Positions 9,714 to 20,502 of a stretch of DNA of 64,000 nucleotides are shown in pieces (positions within the stretch are counted from its first letter, which is position 1; each line of letters starts with the position of its first letter). The notes under the pieces were generated by a model. It was not told the origin of the DNA. It searched no databases and saw only the letters and a program-made list of their open reading frames with translations. Origin of the DNA: an uncultured virus (IMG/VR IMGVR_UViG_3300037541_000797) (taxonomy: Duplodnaviria; Heunggongvirae; Uroviricota; Caudoviricetes); IMG/VR virus record IMGVR_UViG_3300037541_000797; one strand, given 5' to 3'. Position numbers and translations under genes: made by a program.

Positions 9714-12700
9714 TAGCCGAAAAAGCGATTGGATGGCAAGGAGCCGAGCACTTGGGTGCCGGTATTTACGTCTATGCCTTTGTAAAAAGCGCTAATTTTG
9801 AGGTTAGCGGCGTTGTTGTAGGCAAAGTCGTAGGATATTTGTGAACCTCCCGGAGCCGATGTCAAGGTTACGTTTGACGTTAAAGTCGCTCCGCTTGTGG
9901 CCATCTGCCACAGGGAATTATTGTAAGACGGCTCCCTGGCTATTTTTAGACCCTCTTGAACCACAAGACCAACGCAAGGCTGGTCAGTTAGACCCCATAT
10001 TGCGAGGCTAAGGTTTCCAAACGCTCCCGCTATCCCGTGATGTTTATTTGGATATGTATAACCGCTATTCCAGTGCGCATAACCGCCCGTGATAAGAGTT
10101 GAGCCAAAAGCAAGATCGCCGATAAATCCGCTCACTGCCGCCCCCCGTGTGCCGTCAGTGGCCGATCGGTTTGCCACCAGTCCGTAGTTGCCGTTGTCGT
10201 CCAGAATATGAATGCAATTTGTATTAAAATTTTTATCGGCACTACCTACGCTGTCAGGATTATTCTGAAAATACACATTAAAGCCGACCCTTAGAGTTCG
10301 TGACGCACCGCCCGTAGAGGAGCCGATATAGAACCGGCTGTTGAGCACTCCTAGGGCGTTGGTTACTGTAATACCTTTCGCTATTGCCTTGGGCAGGCTT
10401 GCAGTGGTTAAACTGGTGTTTCCAAGATAATAAATGCCGCCTGAATACACTTCAGCATCGCCAGCAACCCAGACATTAAAGGATTGGGTATCAGCTTGTA
10501 TAGACGGGCTCTTGGCGCCAAACACTATGTCGCGCAGGTATTGTAAGCCCTTTCCGACTGAAATGTTATAGAGAGACCAAAAGCCATAAACACTGAAACC
10601 ACTCGGCACGGCGCCGTCAAAGTAGTTGTCAATAAAGTTCGCCAAGCTGATTCCTGATGTCCTATACGTCCGTGTTTCAGCAACGTAAAGTGGGTCCGAA
10701 GGAAAATTGCTGGTATCGGCCAACGTGGCTGAAACACTTAGCCAGCAAACTGCACGTATTGTGCCGCCGTAATTCAAGTCAAGACTGAAGGGAACCGCTG
10801 TAATGAATACATATTGCTGAGGAACAATCTGAGAGATCCTGATCCCTGTAGCGAAACACGGCACAAGGAATGGACTCCGAGCGTCATGCAAAGCTTTTAC
10901 ATCTGTTGTTGGCTTAGTGTTTGCAGATGTGTAGTTTGCAACTACGGCTGTTTCTGGAAATCTAGCGGTGGCTCCTATTACTTCAGCCTTATGGCCCATA
11001 GGTGCGGGACTGTTCCAGTAAGGGCCGTTAGCCAACTGATACCTTACCGTCTCCCCTGGGCTGAAAACTGCGTTTGCATAGGCGACGGCAACCGCAAATG
11101 TAACTGCAGTTGCTCCCGTTAGAGGTGGTGCGTCGAAAACTTCTGCAGCTGACCTAACTGGGTTGAGCGTCAGCGTGACCAACGTGCCGTCAAAATTAAA
11201 GCTCTGCCCTGATGCTGTTGCGCTATCAGGCACAACATAAAGAGTGGCAATTCCAGTTCTACGGGTAAGCACCCCCGCGTTCCGCGCCCAATAGTTCAAG
11301 CCTTTAAGACATACAACTTCAGGCGTGTTGTCTAAACTTGCGTTTAGCTCTGTGTCATTTGCGCCGCTCAGAGTATTGCTAGAACGCAGTGCAGCAGCAT
11401 TGGCTAACCTAACCGTTCCCAGGCTTGTAGTCTTGCCCGCACTGGAGCTTGGGAATAGCAAGCTAGCTAAAGCGCCTAGGTTCCATACTCCAGAGCCAAC
11501 TAATCCATTAATTAAGATATTGGAGAAATCTTGTTGCTTGCTATTTTCCGTTCCAGCCTGGTCGCCAGCCAACACTGTTTCACCTGTTTCGGCATCAGTA
11601 ATGCCTCTATTTGTCACAACTTGCCCGTTTTCGTTTACGCCATTTACCACTACTCGGCCGCCGCCGCCATTCGTGAAATACAGCGAAAATAGATTTGACG
11701 CTGACATCGGCTTCTGCGCCCTCGGCAAACCGGTGGAGTAATTGCCGTGGCCAGCTCCCTGGTCGTAGGTAAAGTTTGAAAGTGTGATTGTAGTAGGGCG
11801 GCGAAGCTCCACAGCCCACAAGGCGAGGCCAGACGCGGCGCCGCCAGATGGCGGCGAAGGAAAATCCGCTGCGCTAGCGGGATTCAGTCTGCGGGTAGCT
11901 GTGGCGCGAGGTGTCAGAGCTGTCCAGGTAGCGCTTTCCGAAAAACCTAATGCGCGCAGCAGTGCGTAGAGGCCTAGTACGTCGGAGCCCGTGCGGTATT
12001 GATCCCGGACAGGGCCGGGATCAGTAAAAATTGTTGTCCAGTTTATACCGCAACTTGTGGTTATGTCATTCGGGTCGGTATCAGTATTAAAAACAATTTG
12101 CGGCGCTTCGTTAGTAATCGGTTCTTCTGGATTATAGGCTTCTGGCATGTGTACGTAAGCCTCATCCCAGTCACTTAACGGCGGGGTTGATGCGGTGGCG
12201 TAATTATCTCGAATAGCCTTGAAGTGCTTGTTGACAGCCTTAACTACTACACCTTTTCGATAAAAAGTGCCAACTGTGTACGTGGTACTGGGACAGCTGC
12301 GCCGCAGCGTCACCCGCGCTCCAAATTCTGTTTTAGAGGTGCTGGTAACAGCCAGCACCTCTTCCCCATCTGGGGCCAAAGGCCTGTTAATGCCGCCACC
12401 TGATACGCCTGCCGATGTCTGCAATATTGCAGACCGATTTGGCGTGCGACTAGAATATGTTGTCAATTCCAGGGATGCTGAGCGCTCTGCCAAAGTGCGG
12501 TTATCTACCACTCGGCGGATGTAGACTGATTTCCCAATAGCGTTGCTAATACCGAAGTTACTGGGTACGTCTGCATTGGTACCACTCTGGCTCAACGCCG
12601 CTGTGATATTGATTCGGGCAGGGGTGCCAGGTGCCCAGGCTGTCGAGGTCAATAACGCTCGCCAATCGTCGCCGTCAGGGTTTTCAACCCATACATAGGT

Positions 12701-14269
12701 GCCGCCCGGCAACGAATAACCGTCTGTGGCCAGCAGTTGAGGGGTTGTACCTGTGGTATCAGCAGACAACGCCTGCGACAGGGTGATGTTCGAGGCGCTA
12801 TGGCTCGCCACCGTCCCCAGTGCGATTCGCCTGATTGCAGGTGTTTTATCAGATAGATTGAGTGGCACGCTGATTCGATTTATCAGCCAGCCTGTATCCA
12901 GCGGAACAGCCGTTCGCGCATAGCCGGTAGCAAGCGCAGCGCAGCTGCCAAACGTGAAATTGCCGTTGGATGAAACGATTTCTCCCCCCAAGTCCGCTCG
13001 AGCCCTTACGGCTTGACCAACACCGAAAACGCTAACTTCGCTACAGAAAGCATCACGAATTACCAGCAAATGGCAGTGAACGCGCTGCGGCTTGATTCGA
13101 CGGTTGTCGGGAATCGTGTCGATGTAGGCCTGAAGGCTGGGAGGGGTGATCCAGCTGCCACCAGAATAAATTTGCAGGCAGTTTATGTCGTTTTGGAGCT
13201 TAACTCCGGTGTATTGTGCTGTGACTACAGATTTCAGGCCGCCTAGGGTGTCCCCATCGATAAACAGGCCGCCCCTTCCCCATTCGCTGCGCCCGCTGAT
13301 GCGCTCAGGGTAGGGGGATGATCCCTTCACTGTGTCATAGGCGGGGCTTGGGCTGCCCACAAACGGGCCAACAGTTTGATATTCGCTGGCTCGCGCCTGG
13401 CTGAGCGCAGCCGACAGGTTGGCGCTAGAGCCTAGGGCGGTGAAGGCCTTGGCGTAAAACGCGTCCAGTTGCGTCCGTGATACAAAGCCAAATTCATAAA
13501 GCAAATGCAAAGACTTATTTTGCCCAGGCGGATCGCGAAACGTAAAATCTACAACATGAGCATCAGGCGTCAAATATAAACAGCACCTGATATTGCTGTA
13601 GTCTGCGGCAATATCCGCCGGCTCGGGAGCCCATTGATGAACCAGTGATGTTTTGCGTAAATCCGCCCCGTCAAATGCGCAACCTCTGGGTATAATTACG
13701 CCGCCGAGGGTGTTATCATTAAATGCAATTAGCTCCTGCCAGGTTGGCTCCTTGCCATTGGTCCAGGTGGTAATGGGAACAGCGCTAGCGTGGCTCCCAG
13801 GATGGTTGAACAGGGGCTGCGGACCCGCTCCAGCATGGATAATAACGCAGTCGCGATGGGCCCTTTCGTCATTGTAGGTGTACCAGTTTAGCGACGTAAT
13901 GATATAGGCCTCTAACACCAGGCGATTTAGCGTCTTGAATGGTGCGTGCTTGCTGTAGCCGCATTCCAACTTTTGATTGCGCAACCGCTTCAGTTTCTGC
14001 GCTATTATTTCTTCGTCAGTACCAGATGATTCAAAGCTGTTAAAATCGCCGGTCACGTAGGTGTCTCGGCCTATATCCCAGTCGTAATACAGATGGAATG
14101 GCGCCGTAAGTGGGTCCGTAGATTCACTGGAGCCGCTAGCGATATTTGCATTGCCAACCAGCTGGCGCAGAGCGGAAACCATGGCTGACCACTGGGCCAG
14201 GGTATTGGCCACAGGCGTATTGGTTTCACCCAGCCAGCCCGAGCGACCACCCGGAACGATTTTTGGCAT
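9713..14269 (-). CDS. Large tail fibre/spike protein (~1518 aa)
   Basis: Long ORF; start reassigned to ATG 14269 (MPKIVPGGRSG) to avoid overlap with 14299..15177; HAPFKTLNR-type motif typical of cyanophage tail proteins. Confidence 0.7.
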   Translation of the reverse strand: MPKIVPGGRSGWLGETNTPVANTLAQWSAMVSALRQLVGNANIASGSSESTDPLTAPFHLYYDWDIGRDTYVTGDFNSFESSGTDEEIIAQKLKRLRNQKLECGYSKHAPFKTLNRLVLEAYIITSLNWYTYNDERAHRDCVIIHAGAGPQPLFNHPGSHASAVPITTWTNGKEPTWQELIAFNDNTLGGVIIPRGCAFDGADLRKTSLVHQWAPEPADIAADYSNIRCCLYLTPDAHVVDFTFRDPPGQNKSLHLLYEFGFVSRTQLDAFYAKAFTALGSSANLSAALSQARASEYQTVGPFVGSPSPAYDTVKGSSPYPERISGRSEWGRGGLFIDGDTLGGLKSVVTAQYTGVKLQNDINCLQIYSGGSWITPPSLQAYIDTIPDNRRIKPQRVHCHLLVIRDAFCSEVSVFGVGQAVRARADLGGEIVSSNGNFTFGSCAALATGYARTAVPLDTGWLINRISVPLNLSDKTPAIRRIALGTVASHSASNITLSQALSADTTGTTPQLLATDGYSLPGGTYVWVENPDGDDWRALLTSTAWAPGTPARINITAALSQSGTNADVPSNFGISNAIGKSVYIRRVVDNRTLAERSASLELTTYSSRTPNRSAILQTSAGVSGGGINRPLAPDGEEVLAVTSTSKTEFGARVTLRRSCPSTTYTVGTFYRKGVVVKAVNKHFKAIRDNYATASTPPLSDWDEAYVHMPEAYNPEEPITNEAPQIVFNTDTDPNDITTSCGINWTTIFTDPGPVRDQYRTGSDVLGLYALLRALGFSESATWTALTPRATATRRLNPASAADFPSPPSGGAASGLALWAVELRRPTTITLSNFTYDQGAGHGNYSTGLPRAQKPMSASNLFSLYFTNGGGGRVVVNGVNENGQVVTNRGITDAETGETVLAGDQAGTENSKQQDFSNILINGLVGSGVWNLGALASLLFPSSSAGKTTSLGTVRLANAAALRSSNTLSGANDTELNASLDNTPEVVCLKGLNYWARNAGVLTRRTGIATLYVVPDSATASGQSFNFDGTLVTLTLNPVRSAAEVFDAPPLTGATAVTFAVAVAYANAVFSPGETVRYQLANGPYWNSPAPMGHKAEVIGATARFPETAVVANYTSANTKPTTDVKALHDARSPFLVPCFATGIRISQIVPQQYVFITAVPFSLDLNYGGTIRAVCWLSVSATLADTSNFPSDPLYVAETRTYRTSGISLANFIDNYFDGAVPSGFSVYGFWSLYNISVGKGLQYLRDIVFGAKSPSIQADTQSFNVWVAGDAEVYSGGIYYLGNTSLTTASLPKAIAKGITVTNALGVLNSRFYIGSSTGGASRTLRVGFNVYFQNNPDSVGSADKNFNTNCIHILDDNGNYGLVANRSATDGTRGAAVSGFIGDLAFGSTLITGGYAHWNSGYTYPNKHHGIAGAFGNLSLAIWGLTDQPCVGLVVQEGLKIAREPSYNNSLWQMATSGATLTSNVTLTSAPGGSQISYDFAYNNAANLKISAFYKGIDVNTGTQVLGSLPSNRFFG

Positions 14270-14298
14270 GTCCGCAAACCCAGTACTCCAGTATGGGG

Positions 14299-15177
14299 TT
14301 ACAGGCCCATCAGCAACTGGATTGTCCCGGTGGTCACAAAACGCACGGAGCCGGTGATCAGCTCTGCGGCGGCAGTTTGGATTGACGTTCCCAAAATCAA
14401 TATCTCTGCCTGGTAATACAGGTCTCCTGGCAGTAGCTCGGAGTTGGCTGTTTCCGGTCGATCGCTCAGCATCCAAAAGCGAGCATCGGCCTTGCAGCCC
14501 CTCTCCACCATCAACAGCAGGTTTAGCAGCGTGGTGGTGTCGGCCGCTCCACTCCGTGATCTGCGGTCTACAAAAAACTCCAAGTCGCCCCCACCCGTAA
14601 GCAGAGTTTTTACACTTTCGCCAAACCTAGCACCCAGCCCGGTTTGATCAACGCTGGCAGCGTCTTGATTGAGCGTCCATTTCTGCAAGTCGCAAAGCAC
14701 CAGCCAGTCACTATCGATTGGTGTAACTGTTAATACATCAAAATCCACGGGTGCCAGCTGCGTTCGGCCAACGGAGCCACCATTGAGTGCTGCGGCCCTT
14801 GTGCTGTAAAAGCCTACACGACCTAGCCGGTTGACGCCGATATAAACATTGGCCGTTGTTTGAATTGGCAGGCTGGGCCAGAAGCTGGTAGGGAGCGTGG
14901 AGGGAAAGAATGTGGTGTTGTTTGTCCAGGATGGATGACGATGTAAAACCGTGCCTGGGATCATCCCCATCCCGCCGGGGCAGAGGGGCACCATGTTGGC
15001 CTCATAAAAGGGCAGCCCCCTGTCTGCGGCAATGGTCACCTGATCGCCGGGCCAGAGCGTGTTACCAGCCAGCTGCAGGGTGCCCACCCCCACATCCGCC
15101 AAAACAAAAGAAATGCTTGTCGGGTCAGGTGTTTCACGCCTTAGCTCAAGCTTGCCGCCGCGGCCAAGAACAGGCAT
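14299..15177 (-). CDS. Tail protein with tube-like C-terminal domain
   Basis: LQKWTLNQDAASVDQTGLG..FGESVKTLLTGGG...VRFVTTG. Confidence 0.6.
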   Translation of the reverse strand: MPVLGRGGKLELRRETPDPTSISFVLADVGVGTLQLAGNTLWPGDQVTIAADRGLPFYEANMVPLCPGGMGMIPGTVLHRHPSWTNNTTFFPSTLPTSFWPSLPIQTTANVYIGVNRLGRVGFYSTRAAALNGGSVGRTQLAPVDFDVLTVTPIDSDWLVLCDLQKWTLNQDAASVDQTGLGARFGESVKTLLTGGGDLEFFVDRRSRSGAADTTTLLNLLLMVERGCKADARFWMLSDRPETANSELLPGDLYYQAEILILGTSIQTAAAELITGSVRFVTTGTIQLLMGL

Positions 15178-15597
15178 TTAGAATTGCCCCCTTAATCTGC
15201 CCTGAACGGTAAAATTAAGCGTTGTCGCCATTGCCTCGCCTACATTCATCGATACCGATGTATTGTCAATGAGGCAGTCTCCGCTAATGGCGCCCTCTTG
15301 GGCATTACTAGATCCAAAAGCATTATTGTAAAACACAAAATGAATTTCGTCTACAGCGCTGCTATCATTCAGGATGCGATTAAACAATGACGAATGGCTT
15401 GGGATGTTCGGATCGTAGAGCACGATCGCCGATCCGGTTGTCGCCCGCAACGTTTGCCTGTACGTGCGGTCATAAACGGCGAGGCCAGTTGTGTCAATCT
15501 TTTCCCGTTGAATGTTTAACGTCCATCCTCGACATGGATTGATTATTTGCCCCTCGAAACGGAAGGAACCATCGCTGCCGGTAAGGACATCGGACAT
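15178..15597 (-). CDS. Tail tube-like protein
   Basis: GWTLNIQREKIDTTGL...ISGDCLI...LNFTVQG tube-fold pattern. Confidence 0.6.
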   Translation of the reverse strand: MSDVLTGSDGSFRFEGQIINPCRGWTLNIQREKIDTTGLAVYDRTYRQTLRATTGSAIVLYDPNIPSHSSLFNRILNDSSAVDEIHFVFYNNAFGSSNAQEGAISGDCLIDNTSVSMNVGEAMATTLNFTVQGRLRGQF

Positions 15598-15634
15598 TTG
15601 TCGGCATCCAGATTGATCCAGTCTACCCAGCGCT

Positions 15635-16036
15635 TTACGCCAGCAATCGACCGCGCATGATCAATGACAGAGTTGAATGGCCAGGTGCACCGGGGATGCT
15701 GTTGATCTCGGGCTCTGCCTGGATCACCCAGTCCAGGTAGGCGGGGAAATTGAGTCCATCGGCCGCCAGGCCCAGCAACAGCCCTGGCGGCACCTGCGTG
15801 CCATAAACCCCGCTGTAGCTGTTCGTCCAGGCCGTCCAGGCCAGCTGGGCTTGCGCATCACTCAGGCACGGCCAGCTGGCTTGGACGCTGGCCCCAGTCA
15901 TTCGATCGCCGAGGAGGATGGGGGTTTCGGCTCCATTCAGCGCCTTGAATACCCTGGAGGGGTGCGCCCCAGGGGTCAGTTTGCGGGCGGCGGGAACCAC
16001 TTCTAACGGGAAGGCAATGGGCAAGGCAATGGGCAT
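15635..16036 (-). CDS. Minor tail (distal tail-like) protein
   Basis: 133-aa ORF in the tail-tip cluster. Confidence 0.55.
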   Translation of the reverse strand: MPIALPIAFPLEVVPAARKLTPGAHPSRVFKALNGAETPILLGDRMTGASVQASWPCLSDAQAQLAWTAWTNSYSGVYGTQVPPGLLLGLAADGLNFPAYLDWVIQAEPEINSIPGAPGHSTLSLIMRGRLLA

Positions 16037-16038
16037 GG

Positions 16039-19000
16039 CTAGACAGGCGTTGCGGTTCTGGTTCCAGCCCTGGGGCTGTCCGGTGCGCTGCTATTGGTTG
16101 CGGTGGCAGTCACCGTATAGGCAGTGCCAGCTATTGGAAAGGCAATGCTGCGGCTAGCACCTGAGCCGGTGATCGTGGCCCCCGCTGGGGTGACGCTCCA
16201 GCTCCAGGCGCTTACCGATGCCGTGCCGGCAACCGTGGCAGAGTAGGTGGTGGCTACGTTACTGGTGGGAGCAGTGGCACCTGTCACCGTTACAATCCCC
16301 AGAACAGGCACTGGCGTTACCGCCCTGGTTTGAGTGCGGGGGCTGTCGGTTGCGCTGCTGTTTGTGGCCGTGGCCGTAACGGTGTAGGTGGTGCTCGGGG
16401 TGGGAAACGTGATGTCAACACTGGAGCCGGTGCCGCTGATCGTGGCATTGGCGGGAAACACCGACCAGGCCCACGTTGTTCCGGCAGCCAGGCCCGCTTG
16501 GGATGCCGTAAAGGTAGCGGCAATCCCAGCACCGGGGGCCGTGGGTCCGGCAATTGCAATATCCCCAATTGTGTTTGCTGGGCTCACATCAACCGATTTT
16601 GTTGCCATTGCCGGGCTGTCAACGGCTGTGACATTGGTGGCAATCGCTCTTAGAAGGCATGGCCCGTCAGCGGTGTAGGTAACGCTGGCGTTGGCGCCGC
16701 TGGCGGTGAGGCTGGCGCTGGTGGATGGTGAAATACTCCACGACCAGGCCGTAGGAGCGACAGCGCCAGAGCAAGCCGCGGTGTAGCTTTTGGTATCGCC
16801 AACGACGGCGGCAGCGGCTCCGGCAATTGTTACGGCGCCAATGGATTCAAATCCAGTAAGCCCAGCTACATTTATAGTTTTTGTAGCTGTTTGCGTTATG
16901 CCTCCCTGTGTTACAGAAAGGCTGATTGTTTTTGATCCAGATCCGGTGAATGTGACTTGCGTGCTGGCCTGGGAGGGGCTGTCAATTGTCATGCCAGAGC
17001 CCGACCAGGCATAGGTGTAGCTGCCCGATGGCCCGGTGACCATGGCGGTGAAAGTGCTCCAGCCATTCAGCGGCGAGGTTGAGTTTCCCAGAATTTGCAC
17101 GCTGGAAAACGGCTGATTAATAGCAAGACTGGATCCACCGGATGTCTGACCTTGAATCACCCAGTTTCCGGCAACATCCCAGCCAGCCACCAGCAATGAT
17201 CGACCATCGGCATCTAGTGGGTACTCGGATGCTTCGCAGATCACGTCGCCATCTTCGTTAAATTCAACCTTTGAAATTTTGAATGTTTGCGATGTGGGTG
17301 TAACCTCCCCAAGCATGAACACCGCCCCCGCATAGGCTGGCGCCTTGCCGTCAGTTATAGCTACGTCATCGCGGATCAACTCTTGGCCGCCGCCATTTGA
17401 CAGCAGCATGGGGTAGGTGCCATCAGGCAGTGGCTCGGAGGCTGCGGCGGGGATGCAAACGACAGTGCCGTTATCAAGGATGATGCCGCTGCGTGGCATG
17501 TTAAAAGTTACCGTGCGCAAGCCCACCTTGATAATGCGGCCCGGCTCAAATGCGGCCTGTTCAGGGATTGTCGTTAGCTTCACACCAGCCGTGATCAGTC
17601 TTCTTTTGCGGCATTCCATTTTGCCAATATGTATTGCTTGGATCTCAGATGTACACCATTTGGATACGTCAATGGGAATGATCGGGGCAGATTCAGGGGT
17701 GCCGGCCTCCCTGACGGAGACCTGCATGGTGACGGGAAATATGCCTCGGTTGCTGATGGCAGAGCTCGGTCGCTCCTGCCGCCAAAGTACCTGAACGATA
17801 GGCGGTGTGCGCTGTTCGGGCTCATACTGGGCATAATCAAACTGAGAGACATTGCCAGCGCTATACATTGCCATTGGCGTATATATTTGCCCCTGCTCTG
17901 CAATGGGCTGCAAATAAAACTGTGAGCCCTTAGAGAGGAGATCCAGTAAAAAGAAATTGGCAAGCTCCGCGCCTTTTACGCGAAAATTAAATGGTTCCGA
18001 CAGCGCACCATCAAAGAAATAACGCCTATTGTAAGTCCAGGTATCCATCTGATCAAAAGATGGAGTTATACAGGTGGGGCTGATTTTTTCGCCTAGACCG
18101 AACACGGGATTGGTGGCCATAATGCGCAAAACAGAGCCGATCAAATGGGTATTGCCAACCCCCTGATCCAGGTAAACGCTAACCTGCTGGGCCGACTGAA
18201 ATTCAAGAGCACTGCGCATGGATAGACCAATAGTGCTCAGGTCCGAGTAGGTAGGACTCACGGCATTAACGCTAAAGCTGTTCACGTAGGCGATCTGGCA
18301 CTCCGGAGAGTTGTTGGAAACCGCAATCTCTTCGTAGCCGAATATATTAGCAAGTCGCCCCCATGGGTCAACATAGCAGTAAGCACCGTTGTCGCCGCGT
18401 TCGTAATCGCCAAGGCCAATATCTTTATTGCTTTGCATTGGAGGCATTGCAAACGTGGATTGATTGCGGGGCAAGAAGCTGCCATTGAATTGAACAACGG
18501 CCCCAGCGCCAGCAATGGTTTGCAACGACGACTGGCTAGCGTCCAACAGGCACAGGGTCCCCGCTGCGTAGCCATGGCGAATCTCCCAGCCATCAATTGG
18601 TAACTGCTTAAATTCATATATCTCATTTGCTGGTAAATTGATGCGAGCATAATCACGGCTTTCGGCGGCTCCCACCCCCTTGAACAGGAAAATATGCGGA
18701 AAATCCGTCCAGCTTTCAGTGCCCATCACCCGAAACGATAGCCGAGACGCTACATAGCGAATTTCCGGGGCCTGAACCGTGCCTGACTGGTACTGGGATG
18801 TGACGACTACTCGGCCAGAAGCTGCGCCCGGCCCGGCCAGGTAGGTGTTGTCGTATGCCAGACAACCATTCCAGTCGGCATACTCGTAAGTCTCAGTGGC
18901 GGCAAAATTGCAGATGCCGCTATAGCGCAAGGAAGCAGTTGTTTTATAGCCTATTTCAATTACCTGGCCTGGCCTTGCCATGGCAAAGGTGGCTGCCGCC

Positions 19001-20502
19001 AGCCGGTACAGGTGGCTGCCCCCTGTGCCGTTTTTGTAGCTTATAGCACTATTTACAAAGAAGCAGTCTTCCGTACCGGAAGCGCCAGCAATAAGCCCGT
19101 CGGTAATGTTTCGGTTCACCTTGTCCCAGGATGTAAAACACATGGGGCCAGGCTCAAGCACCTTAAAAGCATAAACAATTGCTTGGCCGCCGCCGGCTGG
19201 CGATATATCTATGCGGCTGACAAATGGTGCATCTGGGCTTTTGCCCGCCAGTACCAAGATGGCGGAACCGCATTTGTAGAGCGCCCCCAGCACCAAGGCT
19301 TCATCCCAGGCCCTTTGCTTGGCCGCCAGGGTCTGCGCCACGTCCAGGCCATTGGTGGTGCTCTCCTGCTGCCCATTGTCGTACTTCCAGACGGATAAAT
19401 CATCGGATAGGTTAGACATATAGAATAGGCACTCCTGGCCCTTTGAAACGGCGTGTACGGAGTCTGCTGCGGTATCAAATCCACCACCACCTACATAATT
19501 GATGCGGACAAAGCCGCTGCGGCAGCTGAATGGAAATTGTTGCTTTGCCCTGCGCAGTACCGCCTGAGGGTCTTTTTTGCAAACAAGATAGGACCTATCA
19601 TTTTTTTGGCCTGCTTGCTGAGTTTGAGGCCTGCTCATCGGCTCTATTCTTGGATTTACTCTAATGCTTAGATTATTGCCGATTGGAGCATAAAGGCCAA
19701 AAACGGTTTGACTGCTGGGTGCGCTGGCATAGCAAAAGTTAGGCGCCCATGCGCCATCTGCCCCGCGAACTTCAAACACGTCAGCGGCGCCAGCGTTTTG
19801 CGAATTACCAATATCTGCTGCGGCACTTCTGCCGGCAATAAAGTCGCCAGACACAATGCGCCGGCCTGCGTTTTGATAGTAGATAGCAACTCTAGACTCA
19901 GAGCTACCGGACGGATTCAGATCATAGCTGGTTAATAAATTGTCGCCAATGGCAATCTGTTCCGGCCTAGGCGTGCCCAGCCCCGCAACACCCACCATAA
20001 GTAGAGCCTTATACAGCTGGCTATCGCCAAGGGAATATAGCTGCGACCAAAGCAGGTTTGTGTTTACACGCACCCCACCATAGGTGATTCCATCAATGGT
20101 TTCGCGCTTGGCAAATACCACTGGCACAACGCTGCCCAGCTCAACAACGTTTTGCAGGGAATCGAACCCAGACGATGGCGCGTATTTGGCATTGTTTACA
20201 ATCGATTGGCCTTCTATCGTTTCCGACTCTATGCGCGACTGCTTGTTTGATACTTGCTGCGGGGCAAACAGCGCCGATATTGCATAGTTTAGTGCGACGC
20301 CTACAACCAAAGTTATTAGCGCCGGTATAATTAGCAGAGCGGTCGGCTCTCCACTTTTTGCCAGTTCAATAGATGCCTTGCGGTTTTGGCTAAGAAACCA
20401 GTCGTATTCGGCCTCTGTCCAGCCGGTGATCTTTAGCAGCTCAATTTCTTCCGGTAGCAGCCGGCTTCGCGGCTCATTGCCTAGGCGAGGGCTCAGCATC
20501 AC
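16039..20502 (-). CDS. Tail tip/host-specificity protein with C-terminal PKD/Ig-like repeats
   Basis: VELGSVVPVVFAKR..GGVRVNTNLLWSQ (J-like N-terminus); about four W-S-(W/V) beta repeats at the C-terminus. Confidence 0.75.
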   Translation of the reverse strand: MMLSPRLGNEPRSRLLPEEIELLKITGWTEAEYDWFLSQNRKASIELAKSGEPTALLIIPALITLVVGVALNYAISALFAPQQVSNKQSRIESETIEGQSIVNNAKYAPSSGFDSLQNVVELGSVVPVVFAKRETIDGITYGGVRVNTNLLWSQLYSLGDSQLYKALLMVGVAGLGTPRPEQIAIGDNLLTSYDLNPSGSSESRVAIYYQNAGRRIVSGDFIAGRSAAADIGNSQNAGAADVFEVRGADGAWAPNFCYASAPSSQTVFGLYAPIGNNLSIRVNPRIEPMSRPQTQQAGQKNDRSYLVCKKDPQAVLRRAKQQFPFSCRSGFVRINYVGGGGFDTAADSVHAVSKGQECLFYMSNLSDDLSVWKYDNGQQESTTNGLDVAQTLAAKQRAWDEALVLGALYKCGSAILVLAGKSPDAPFVSRIDISPAGGGQAIVYAFKVLEPGPMCFTSWDKVNRNITDGLIAGASGTEDCFFVNSAISYKNGTGGSHLYRLAAATFAMARPGQVIEIGYKTTASLRYSGICNFAATETYEYADWNGCLAYDNTYLAGPGAASGRVVVTSQYQSGTVQAPEIRYVASRLSFRVMGTESWTDFPHIFLFKGVGAAESRDYARINLPANEIYEFKQLPIDGWEIRHGYAAGTLCLLDASQSSLQTIAGAGAVVQFNGSFLPRNQSTFAMPPMQSNKDIGLGDYERGDNGAYCYVDPWGRLANIFGYEEIAVSNNSPECQIAYVNSFSVNAVSPTYSDLSTIGLSMRSALEFQSAQQVSVYLDQGVGNTHLIGSVLRIMATNPVFGLGEKISPTCITPSFDQMDTWTYNRRYFFDGALSEPFNFRVKGAELANFFLLDLLSKGSQFYLQPIAEQGQIYTPMAMYSAGNVSQFDYAQYEPEQRTPPIVQVLWRQERPSSAISNRGIFPVTMQVSVREAGTPESAPIIPIDVSKWCTSEIQAIHIGKMECRKRRLITAGVKLTTIPEQAAFEPGRIIKVGLRTVTFNMPRSGIILDNGTVVCIPAAASEPLPDGTYPMLLSNGGGQELIRDDVAITDGKAPAYAGAVFMLGEVTPTSQTFKISKVEFNEDGDVICEASEYPLDADGRSLLVAGWDVAGNWVIQGQTSGGSSLAINQPFSSVQILGNSTSPLNGWSTFTAMVTGPSGSYTYAWSGSGMTIDSPSQASTQVTFTGSGSKTISLSVTQGGITQTATKTINVAGLTGFESIGAVTIAGAAAAVVGDTKSYTAACSGAVAPTAWSWSISPSTSASLTASGANASVTYTADGPCLLRAIATNVTAVDSPAMATKSVDVSPANTIGDIAIAGPTAPGAGIAATFTASQAGLAAGTTWAWSVFPANATISGTGSSVDITFPTPSTTYTVTATATNSSATDSPRTQTRAVTPVPVLGIVTVTGATAPTSNVATTYSATVAGTASVSAWSWSVTPAGATITGSGASRSIAFPIAGTAYTVTATATNSSAPDSPRAGTRTATPV

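Noticed and set aside
14270..14476. Upstream extension of the 1587-aa ORF
   Set aside because: Overlaps the preceding tail gene; ATG 14269 with an upstream promoter-like motif is more plausible
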